A DNA stretch of 64,000 nt from a virus (lineage: Duplodnaviria; Caudoviricetes). Of this stretch, positions 30,700 to 39,035 are shown piece by piece (positions within the stretch are counted from its first letter, which is position 1; the number at the start of each line of letters is the position of its first letter). The translations under genes and the position numbers were made by a program. The notes beneath the pieces are model-generated. The model saw only the letters and a list, made by a program, of their open reading frames with translations. It ran no database searches and had not been told where the DNA came from. The stretch lies in the IMG/VR virus record IMGVR_UViG_3300037067_016086, positions 1-64,000 of that record; one strand, 5' to 3'.

Positions 30700-31022
30700 C
30701 GCAAGGGTACGCACACCCAGTCCCTCTCTCCGTGTGCGCTGTTCGCCCCCCCCGCGATCTCGATGGCCAGCGCGGGCTCCTTGCCAGCCGCGGCAGCCTC
30801 CGCCGCGATTTTGTCCAGCCACGACTTCTTGATGCTCAGGCTCGCGTGCACGGTCCTCTTGCACTCGATGAGGAAGTGGTCGGCCAGCACGTCACCCTTC
30901 GCGAACTTGGACGCGCCACTCCCCGCCTGCCGGTGTCCTCGCACCTCGCGCGCCACGAGCCGCTCCTGCGCCTCCGGAGACTTCGCGTCGGGGAACAGGA
31001 CGTGCGGACGATGACGCGTCAC
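30666..31022 (-). CDS. Hjc-like PD-(D/E)XK resolvase
   Basis: RQAGSGASKFAKGDV...FLIECKRT...SIKKSWLDKI. Confidence 0.75.
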   Translation of the reverse strand: MTRHRPHVLFPDAKSPEAQERLVAREVRGHRQAGSGASKFAKGDVLADHFLIECKRTVHASLSIKKSWLDKIAAEAAAAGKEPALAIEIAGGANSAHGERDWVCVPLRCWKKLMGESE

Positions 31023-31637
31023 AGGCCCTCCGTGGAGTGCAAGGATCGCAGCTCCACCGTCACCGGTGCGGAGTCCATGTCCGTTTTTACGAGCGGATCG
31101 ACGATCGCCAGCCGACGCGACGGAAACTTCACGATGCGGAAGTCACCAAGCCGCCCATCGACGGTCACCAGTTGCCCGACGGCCAGCTGCCCTACGTTCT
31201 TTCTCGCCAACGCTTTCCTCCTCTGCCTTCCAGCGATCTTGCTGGCATCTCCAGGAGCTTAACTCAACCGAGTGCGTTTGTCAACATCAGAGCAGCCGGG
31301 CCTTCGCCAGCGAGGTCAGGTAGCCGCGGACGTGGACGTGCAACTCCCCGTTCGGCAGGGCGGCTCCCATCTCGAAGAGGCCGCGCGCCACCGTCTGCAC
31401 GCGACTCAAAGGGAGCGTCGCCATGCGCGCCCATGCTCGGAAGTCCGCCCCCCCCTGCGCATCTCGCGGCACGCGCGGCCAGACAGACAGCATCCGAATC
31501 TGGTCCGGCGTCAACGCGAGGATGGCGTACGGAGGCATATCCTGAAGAGGAACGGGTGGGGGAGCGACCGGGGCGACGGGAGCCGCTTCCGGTTCTGGAG
31601 ATGGAGCAATCGCCACCTGCTTCTTCGCCTTACTCAT
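31019..31637 (-). CDS. Two small hypothetical ORFs (31019-31210, 31287-31637)
   Basis: RBS present; promoter TTGACA-17-TAAGCT between them. Confidence 0.55.
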
Positions 31638-33081
31638 TGCCCTCCTCCAGCCGCACCGGCTTCACGCCCAGCGCCTCTTCGCAGCGCTCCAGGATCACCG
31701 CCACGTACCCGGGAGACAGCTCGCACCCGTACCCAATCCGAGCCGATGCGTGCGCCGCCAGGATCGCGGTGCCGCTGCCGAGGAACGGATCGAGGACGAG
31801 ATCTCCTCCGACCGAGCTGTTGCGGATCGCGCGCTCGAAGAGCGGGACCGGCTTCGTGGTCGGGTGGAATTCCGAGTGCGACGGCTTGTCGTACTGCCAG
31901 ACGTCTCCCTGGTCGCGGGCTCCGCACCAGTACCGATCCTCGGCGCCCTCGCGCCACCCGTACAGGATGGGCTCGTACTGCCGCTGGTAGTCGGAGCGCC
32001 CCATCGTGAAGGTGTTCTTGGCCCAGATGATGAACGTGGACCAGTGGCCTCCCGCCTCGCGGAACGCGCTTTCCAGTGTGTCCAACTCCGACGAGGACAT
32101 GCAGCAGTACACCGCGCCCTCGCACACGGGAAGCATGGCCTTGAACGCCGCCAGCAGGAACGGCCTGAAGTCCTCTCCGAGATCGTCGTTGGCGATCGTC
32201 CGGTTGGCGCCGCGCAGCTTGTCCTTCATGGTCGCGCCGTACGCCACGTTGTAGGGCGGGTCCGTGATGATCATGCGCGCTCGTTTCCCACCCATCAGGC
32301 GCTGCAAAACGGTGGGGTCCGTGGAGTCCCCGCAGATGACACGGTGCGGTCCGATCGCCCACAGATCCCCGGGCTTCGTTCCCCACTTGATCTGGAGCTG
32401 CACGCTCAGATCCTCGCGCGGAGGAGGTTCGTCTCCGCTCGATCCGGACCCTTCTCCCGCCAGCAGCCGAGTCAGCTCGTCGTCCTCGAAACCGAGAGAC
32501 GCGATCAGGTCCTCGCGCTCGTCGTGCAGGTCGCGCAGCAGCGCCGTGAGGGCCGTCTCGTCCCAGGTCGCCACGATCTCGCCGTACCGGTTGTCCGCGA
32601 TCATGAAGGCGCGCGCCGTGGCTCGGTCATCGTCGGCCCAGATCACAGGGATGTGCTGCGCCCCCAATCGCTTCAGGGCGTCCATGCGCTGATGCCCAGC
32701 CTCGATGATGCCCGTGCGCTCGTTCACCACGATCGGCCAGCGCATGCCGAACGTCTTGATGCCCTCCATGAGCCCTTCGATGTTCACCTGCGTTCGCGGG
32801 TTCGTAACGTCGGGACGCAGCGCCGCGATCGGGACCAGCATTCGGTCCAGGCCCTTCAGCACCGAGATGCTGGTTCCGGGCAAGTAGGACACCCCGTCTC
32901 GCACCACGGGAGCCACCGGCATCGGAGGACCGGTGAAGTCGGGGATAGGCGAACTCGTGTTCGCTACGCCGCCAGCATCAGCTTCACCAGCTGCTCCCGC
33001 AGGGCTCTCCGCACCGCTGGCTCCATCATCCGCGCGACCATCTCCGTCTTGCTTCTGTACGTCTCGTTTCCGAGTAGCCAC
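31630..33081 (-). CDS. ParB-like domain fused to N6-adenine/N4-cytosine DNA methyltransferase (start uncertain)
   Basis: LRPDVTNPR...WPIVVNERTGIIEAGHQR (ParB); ITDPPYNVAY; HPTTKPVPL; VLDPFLGSGT. Confidence 0.9.
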   Translation of the reverse strand: MATRKRDVQKQDGDGRADDGASGAESPAGAAGEADAGGVANTSSPIPDFTGPPMPVAPVVRDGVSYLPGTSISVLKGLDRMLVPIAALRPDVTNPRTQVNIEGLMEGIKTFGMRWPIVVNERTGIIEAGHQRMDALKRLGAQHIPVIWADDDRATARAFMIADNRYGEIVATWDETALTALLRDLHDEREDLIASLGFEDDELTRLLAGEGSGSSGDEPPPREDLSVQLQIKWGTKPGDLWAIGPHRVICGDSTDPTVLQRLMGGKRARMIITDPPYNVAYGATMKDKLRGANRTIANDDLGEDFRPFLLAAFKAMLPVCEGAVYCCMSSSELDTLESAFREAGGHWSTFIIWAKNTFTMGRSDYQRQYEPILYGWREGAEDRYWCGARDQGDVWQYDKPSHSEFHPTTKPVPLFERAIRNSSVGGDLVLDPFLGSGTAILAAHASARIGYGCELSPGYVAVILERCEEALGVKPVRLEEGNE

Positions 33082-34268
33082 TTCGCGCCGTCCTTTCGCA
33101 TCAGGCCGAACTTCTCGGCCTGCGCCAACGTGTAGTCGAGATCCAGAACCTGCCCACCGTCCTCACCGGACACGCCCATGAGGTACCCGCCGAATCCCTG
33201 GGATGGGGCGGTCTTGTTCTTGAGGATCTTGAAGTTCATACGGACACGGCTTCCCATTTTCATCTGGAATTCCTTCTTCATGTCCATATCGATCTCGTCC
33301 TTCTCCCACTTGCTCGCCCACATCTGCGCGATGACCGACGCGGTGAAGATCTGCCCCTTGCCACCGGGCATCACCGACTTGTCGCCGAACTTGATGGAGA
33401 TGCTCTCGCGCTCCTGGTTGATCCAGATCTCCGTCACCGGACGACCGTAGTCAGACCTCACCGAATGGCGCGCCGCCGTGACCTTCCGCGCCATCTTGTT
33501 GAGCAGCCGCGCCTGGAGTCCTTGCTGCCAGTTCTCGGCGCTCTCCTCGATCTCCGTCGAAGGCGTCATGGCTGCAAGGCTGTCGATGATGACGAGATCC
33601 ACGGCGCCCGATCGTATCAATTCGTCGTGGATGTCGATCGCCCCCTCCGCGGAGTCGGGCTTCACGATCAGTAGGCGATCCGGGTCGCACCCCAGCCGCC
33701 GCGCCCACACGTTGTCGAACGTGCCCTCCACATCCTCGAAGGCGACGCGGAACTCCTCGTACGAGTTCTCCATCCAGCGCTCGACGCGCGCCTTGAACTC
33801 GTCCTTGCCCTCGTCGAAGTGCGGCTTCGGAACGTGGAGACCAGCCTTCACGCAGTCGCATTTGGCGTGTCCCATGAGAGCGACCTCTCCGGTCTTCTGG
33901 TCCACAGACTCCTTCACCTCGATGCCACCCGGCGGGCGCCGGTAGCAGTTGGCGCACAGCTCCTGAGCCAGACCGGCGAGGCGCGTGGCAGCCGTTGTCT
34001 TCCCGCTGCTCTCGGCGCCGCGGAAGATGGTGACGTGACCTGCCGGGACGCCGCCCCCAAGGGCGTAGTCGAACGACAGGGAGCCAGTGGTCAGGCGCGC
34101 CACGGGAAGCGGCTGCATGCGCCCCGCCATCTCCATGGTGCCCACGCCGTACGACTTGTTGGCAGCTGCGCGCAGGGCGGCCAGGCGATCGGATCGGCTT
34201 CCAGTCAGCCGGACCTTCTCCTTCTTTTTCTTTTCGCCGCCCTCTTCCTCGTCCTTGTCCTTCGCCAT
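32964..34268 (-). CDS. recA: RecA/UvsX recombinase with Cys-rich insertion
   Basis: TTGSLSFDYALGGG, GAESSGKTT, VIIDSLAAM, INQERE, PGGKG. Confidence 0.92.
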   Translation of the reverse strand: MAKDKDEEEGGEKKKKEKVRLTGSRSDRLAALRAAANKSYGVGTMEMAGRMQPLPVARLTTGSLSFDYALGGGVPAGHVTIFRGAESSGKTTAATRLAGLAQELCANCYRRPPGGIEVKESVDQKTGEVALMGHAKCDCVKAGLHVPKPHFDEGKDEFKARVERWMENSYEEFRVAFEDVEGTFDNVWARRLGCDPDRLLIVKPDSAEGAIDIHDELIRSGAVDLVIIDSLAAMTPSTEIEESAENWQQGLQARLLNKMARKVTAARHSVRSDYGRPVTEIWINQERESISIKFGDKSVMPGGKGQIFTASVIAQMWASKWEKDEIDMDMKKEFQMKMGSRVRMNFKILKNKTAPSQGFGGYLMGVSGEDGGQVLDLDYTLAQAEKFGLMRKDGAKWLLGNETYRSKTEMVARMMEPAVRRALREQLVKLMLAA

Positions 34269-34816
34269 CAGGCAGCCCCCCGCAGCCGGTCGCGCTCCGC
34301 GGAGATGCGCTGCGCCAGGTAGGTCTCCAGAGCATCCACCGCCGCGGCCGCGTCCTCGTCATCGCCGATGGGGCGCGACAGGCCGATGTCGATCTTGTGG
34401 CTCTCCATCTTGACCGCCGCGTTGATCGTGAGGCCGTACTCGACCCAGACCACCCGGTTCGTGCCTTCGAGCGCGGGCAGCTCCTCGGGCTTGCGCTGGG
34501 ACTTGCGGACCATGGCCTCCTCGCGCGCCAGGATCTCGGACACGAACGCCTTCAGCTTGTCGTACCCGGCGTCGTACTCCGCGTTCGGAACCGGCACGAA
34601 GCCGCTCCGCGCTCCGATCTGGATGCGCACGAACTCGTAGTTGCCCAGCGAGATCGTCCGTCCCGCCGAAAAGGTCAGATCCATGGTATCGCCTCCCTCT
34701 TGCACCGCACCCGGACCGTACTCCCGAGCCGCATCCATGACGGGCTTCTCCGTCCCCTCGCGGCTGTTTTTGTACGTCTCCGTGTAGCGCTCGTTCCCCT
34801 GCGTCTTCGTCGGCAT
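34268..34816 (-). CDS. Hypothetical protein with internally duplicated beta-rich motif
   Basis: RTISLGNYEFVRIQIG and a second copy LTINAAVKMESHKIDIG; own promoter upstream. Confidence 0.6.
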   Translation of the reverse strand: MPTKTQGNERYTETYKNSREGTEKPVMDAAREYGPGAVQEGGDTMDLTFSAGRTISLGNYEFVRIQIGARSGFVPVPNAEYDAGYDKLKAFVSEILAREEAMVRKSQRKPEELPALEGTNRVVWVEYGLTINAAVKMESHKIDIGLSRPIGDDEDAAAAVDALETYLAQRISAERDRLRGAA

Positions 34817-34887
34817 TCAACACCTCGGTGCGGCATCGCGCCGCAGTTCAAAAAGCGTCCGAACATTACGGTATCCGCGCGTGTTTG

Positions 34888-35457
34888 TCAACGCGGGACA
34901 GTGACCCCGATGCCCTCCCAGCCACTCCGGATCTCGTGCGTGAACTCGCGATCGTCGGAGGCAACGCGGCTGCGCTTCCCGATGGCGACCTGCATCACCA
35001 GCACCATGCCCTCGGTGTACAGACGGTCCCCCCGCGGCGAGCGGAACGGCGTCTGTGGCAGCAGTCCGATCCGGGTCCAGTAGTTGATGACGTCCTTGGA
35101 GCGCCGGATCTCGATGGCCACGCGACCAACGGTGTACGCGATCGTGCTGACCCCTCCGACCGTGACGCGCAGAGGGGCACGCGGTCCGCCGGGGTGTGCC
35201 GGTGCGATCTTGCCTTCCTTCCGCAGACGCTCCCGCTCCCTGCGCTTTTTGATCCGGTACGCCCTCACCTGCGCGAGCATGGTGTCGCGGTACTCCGGGT
35301 CCTCGCGGTAGCGCCGCTTGCGCTCCTCCGACAGCTTGTCCCGGTTCTTCTCGTAGTACGCCTTCTGGTACCCGCTGCGATCCCGGTCGGGCTTGTCCAA
35401 TGGCGACGGTGTATGCTTCAAAATGCTAGGCATGACAAACACCTCCTGCGTGCACAT
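34888..35457 (-). CDS. MerR-like HTH DNA-binding protein
   Basis: YTVGRVAIEIRRSKDVINYWTRIGLLP...GDRLYT. Confidence 0.65.
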   Translation of the reverse strand: MCTQEVFVMPSILKHTPSPLDKPDRDRSGYQKAYYEKNRDKLSEERKRRYREDPEYRDTMLAQVRAYRIKKRRERERLRKEGKIAPAHPGGPRAPLRVTVGGVSTIAYTVGRVAIEIRRSKDVINYWTRIGLLPQTPFRSPRGDRLYTEGMVLVMQVAIGKRSRVASDDREFTHEIRSGWEGIGVTVPR

Positions 35458-36992
35458 TACATTGTGCAGCAGGTTTTGTAAAACCTTTCCCGCCGAGCAG
35501 CCATTCCGCGGAGGCGCGGGATGCGCTCATCGACGACATCCGTCACGATCGGTTCTGGCTTGCTGGTGCACCTCCCCGCCCTCCATGGGCAGTAGTGCAC
35601 GCACTCCGACGACGGTACGCACTCGCGCTGCACGCGGCCCGTTCCCTGTTGGACATCGCTGATCGGCGTGGTGAACATGATCACGTCCAGCGCCGGGATG
35701 TCGAGCCCCTCCAGGACCATCTGCTGTGTGGCGAAGATCGCGTTGGCGCTCTCCGCCCGGTCGAGGTCCTCCTCGGTCCGGTCCGCGAGCTTGGGATCGC
35801 CCTTCCGGTGCGACTTGGTCGTCGTGCTCCACACCTCGCCCGTGAACCACTGCCCGGTGTACGCGTCCAGGACGGGAACGAACGGCAGATCGAGGCTGCG
35901 CAGGATGCGACCAGTCTGGTCCATCATGTCCCGCAGGTGGTCCAGCCGCGAACTCACGACGATGATCTTGCGCTCATTTCGGACGGCCTCGACGATGTCG
36001 TCGACCAGTGACCGAGTCCGCGTCGCGTCCGCGCAGAGCTGGTTGATGATCTGCGCGCTGTTGAGGTTGTCCACCTTGACCTTGTACTCGCCGCGCGAGA
36101 TAGCCCGGAGCATCGTGTCGGTGTAGAGGCGTCGCAGCCGCGGCCGCACCGACTCCGTCGTCGCCTCGTAGGTCACCTGAGAGATGTGGTAGAAGAACAC
36201 GTTCTCCGCGCCATCCCGGCGCCGCGGCGTGGCCGTCAGGCCCAGACGGTAGGCCGACGAGAACTTGGGCATGAGGCCGCCCCACGTGGCCGCTCCAAGC
36301 CGGTGCGTCTCGTCGGAGATCACCAGGCCGAAGGTGTTTTGGTACATCTCCGCCGGATAGCGATCCCCATCGTCCCGCGTCAGCGACTGGAGCAGGGCGA
36401 TCACGAAGTCGGGCTCCTCTCCGTCCTTCGTCAACTCGTACTCGCACTTGTCCTGCCGGATGATGCCGATCCGCGCGTCGGGCAGGAAGCGCCGGATGCG
36501 CTTGGTCCACTGCCGCACGAAGAAGTCCTGGTGCACGAGGATGAGGGTGCGCCGCCCCAGCCGCCGCGCCACCTCCAAGGCGACCACCGTCTTGCCGAAC
36601 GCGGGCTGTGCCTGGAGCAACGCACCGCCCCAGTTGCCGTCTCCACCGTCGCCCAGCAGGTCGCGCAGGAGAGCGTCGATCGCCGTCGCTTGCTCGGCGA
36701 AGCGCCCAGTGAACGTCGCCGTGGACGTCAAAGGACGCATGGGGGCGCCGTATGAGACCAGCACTTCCTCGGTGTTGTTCCCGTTCGCCATGCTCTTGTA
36801 GAAGCCGCGTGGCACGCCGATCTTGTTGCGCGCTTCGTCGAGGCGATAGAGCTGAATCGGCTGCGGCGTCTCGTCCGCCACATCGCTGGTCTGCTTCGGC
36901 TGGATTGTCAGCCGGTCCACGATGTTGGATACCTGGCGAGGGGTCAGCGCCGCGCGATCGAGCCACGCGTATCCGGAGATCTCAACCTGCAT
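35457..36992 (-). CDS. Superfamily 2 DNA helicase (UvsW-like)
   Basis: QPAFGKT, ISDETHR, LGLTATPRRRDG, EGLDIPALD, QGTGRVQR. Confidence 0.9.
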   Translation of the reverse strand: MQVEISGYAWLDRAALTPRQVSNIVDRLTIQPKQTSDVADETPQPIQLYRLDEARNKIGVPRGFYKSMANGNNTEEVLVSYGAPMRPLTSTATFTGRFAEQATAIDALLRDLLGDGGDGNWGGALLQAQPAFGKTVVALEVARRLGRRTLILVHQDFFVRQWTKRIRRFLPDARIGIIRQDKCEYELTKDGEEPDFVIALLQSLTRDDGDRYPAEMYQNTFGLVISDETHRLGAATWGGLMPKFSSAYRLGLTATPRRRDGAENVFFYHISQVTYEATTESVRPRLRRLYTDTMLRAISRGEYKVKVDNLNSAQIINQLCADATRTRSLVDDIVEAVRNERKIIVVSSRLDHLRDMMDQTGRILRSLDLPFVPVLDAYTGQWFTGEVWSTTTKSHRKGDPKLADRTEEDLDRAESANAIFATQQMVLEGLDIPALDVIMFTTPISDVQQGTGRVQRECVPSSECVHYCPWRAGRCTSKPEPIVTDVVDERIPRLRGMAARRERFYKTCCTM

Positions 36993-36995
36993 TCG

Positions 36996-38069
36996 CTACC
37001 AGTCTTTGGCAGAGCGGCCGCCACCACCACCGCCGCCGCCGCGGAAGTCCTCATCGCCACGGAACTGCCCCTCGTCTCCCGGAGACGGACGGTTGCCGCC
37101 TCGCGACCCACCCATCGGGAGCTGGCCCTGACCCTGCGGCCTGCCCTGGGGCTGCCCCTGGCCGCCGTACCCGGCCCCCTCGGTGCGCGTGTTGCGCCCC
37201 TGGTTGCCACCGTTCGAACCGCCGCCCGAGTCCCGGTCGTCCCCGGAGCCCGCGATCCAGCGAGCCATCTCCGCGTTCTCGAACAGGAGGCCCTCCTCCA
37301 TGTCGCGGATCGTGTAGCGCTGGAACAGGTTCTCCTTGTCCACCTGCTCCTGGGTCGCACCGTAGTGCATCAGGTACTCTTTCATGTCCTCGACCGTGGC
37401 AGGGACCACCTTGCCCACGCGCTCCACGAACTCCCAGTTCTCTCCGTTGGTCGGCGACTTCTTCCCCAGGCGCTGCGTGTCGTACACGCACCCGGTGAGA
37501 TCCCCGCGCCGAGCGTGCTGGTCCTCGAAGATGGCCATCGTGCCCGGCTTGTCCTTGCCGCCCTTCTTGGCCACCATGAGGCGCCGCTGGAACTGCGACT
37601 CGCGCGCCTTGCCCTCCTTGTCGGTCCACGGTTCCGGGTAGAGGATCGGAGCCCCGCCGTCCTCGTACTCCACGTACCCCATGTCGATGACCGTGAAGTA
37701 GGCACCGTAGCTCGGGTACCACTTGACATCGCCTTTGCCTTCGCAGGGCGCGCAGCGATCCGCAATCCGGTTCTGCTTGAGGCAGATCGCGTTGAAGACG
37801 CCGCGCGGCACGTTGGGCATCTTGAACGTGCTGTGCTCCCACAGGTAGAACGGCACGCTGATGATCATCACGCGCTTGCGCGCGGGCTTGTTCTTCCGGA
37901 AGGGGTTCTTCTCCGGCTCCGGCAGCTTGAAGCGGTACGGGCCCCGGTTCCCACCGCCACCGCCGCCACCGCCGCCACCACCGCTGTCCCCCTTGAACTG
38001 GCCGTAGTCCTCCGGCGCATCCCACCCGTCGTGTCCGAAACCGCTCTGCACGTGATCCCCGATACCCAT
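36996..38069 (-). CDS. Probable single-stranded DNA-binding protein (gp32-like)
   Basis: Aromatic-rich core with a C-x9-CxxC Zn site and Gly-rich tails; located between the helicases. Confidence 0.55.
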   Translation of the reverse strand: MGIGDHVQSGFGHDGWDAPEDYGQFKGDSGGGGGGGGGGGNRGPYRFKLPEPEKNPFRKNKPARKRVMIISVPFYLWEHSTFKMPNVPRGVFNAICLKQNRIADRCAPCEGKGDVKWYPSYGAYFTVIDMGYVEYEDGGAPILYPEPWTDKEGKARESQFQRRLMVAKKGGKDKPGTMAIFEDQHARRGDLTGCVYDTQRLGKKSPTNGENWEFVERVGKVVPATVEDMKEYLMHYGATQEQVDKENLFQRYTIRDMEEGLLFENAEMARWIAGSGDDRDSGGGSNGGNQGRNTRTEGAGYGGQGQPQGRPQGQGQLPMGGSRGGNRPSPGDEGQFRGDEDFRGGGGGGGGRSAKDW

Positions 38070-38201
38070 GGCTGGCCTCCTATGTGCTACTCAGAGCACC
38101 AATGCGGATCGCGGCGGTTGCCGCGCATATCCATTCTGCTTATCTTTTACCAGACGGAAGGAGTTTTGTCAACACCCCATTCAAGCGAACACGTGTTCGC
38201 C

Positions 38202-39035
38202 TCAGAACGGTACTGGATCGTCGTGGAACTCCTCTCCATCCTCGGGCGGTTTCTCCGCGAACTCCATCTCGTCGACCCGATGCGATCGAAACCGATCCTG
38301 CTCCGGGCGCAACCAGATCCCGCTAAAACGTTGACCAGTGCCTGGAATCTCTTCGGCAGGGATCGTGTACGCACAGATGGGCATGTCCGAATCGTCGAGC
38401 AGAATGCAGCACAGCAGGTCGAAGCGTTCCTTCCTCTTGTAGCTGAACCTCCAGCGCCGGAATCGGTCGGTGCGGGCCATGCGCGACGCCTTCACCTCCA
38501 CCCGTTGCCCGTTCCACTCCCCATCGTGCTCGCTGTACCAGAACGGCGACGGTTCGAAGCCAGGAAGCAGGCGCGCCGCCATCGCAAGACCGATCTTTCC
38601 TCGTACAACACGCGGGTCCGAATCATTTCCACCGGTCGTGTCGTGCCGACGGGTAAGACTCATGTGGGCTCCGCGTGGAAGGCACTCCAGGTTCTCCAGT
38701 CGGTTGTCCTGTCGATTTCCGTTCCGATGATGAACATCACACCCAAATGGAACTGCACCGTGCGCCGCCTCATACATGAGGAGATGCTCTTTGACGAAAC
38801 CATTGTGCGCGCGACGGTGGCCGGGACTTTTGACGCGAACATAGCCATTGGTGTCCACGTAACGGAAGCACGTGTTCCGCCTTCCGGTGGGACGCCTTGG
38901 GACATTGTGTCGGATCAATAGATTTCTTACCGTGGCAGGATCACACCCAAAACGATCACCGAGACTGGTCAATGTTTCCCCTGCGTCGTACAGGGCTAAG
39001 CATTGCGCCGAGGATGCTTCGCTAAAATGGGACAT
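38202..39035 (-). CDS. HNH homing endonuclease with C-terminal PD-(D/E)XK-like segment
   Basis: GYVRVKSPGH...KEHLLM...DVHHRNGNRQDNRLENLECL; later EHDGEWNGQRVEVKAS. Confidence 0.82.
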   Translation of the reverse strand: MSHFSEASSAQCLALYDAGETLTSLGDRFGCDPATVRNLLIRHNVPRRPTGRRNTCFRYVDTNGYVRVKSPGHRRAHNGFVKEHLLMYEAAHGAVPFGCDVHHRNGNRQDNRLENLECLPRGAHMSLTRRHDTTGGNDSDPRVVRGKIGLAMAARLLPGFEPSPFWYSEHDGEWNGQRVEVKASRMARTDRFRRWRFSYKRKERFDLLCCILLDDSDMPICAYTIPAEEIPGTGQRFSGIWLRPEQDRFRSHRVDEMEFAEKPPEDGEEFHDDPVPF

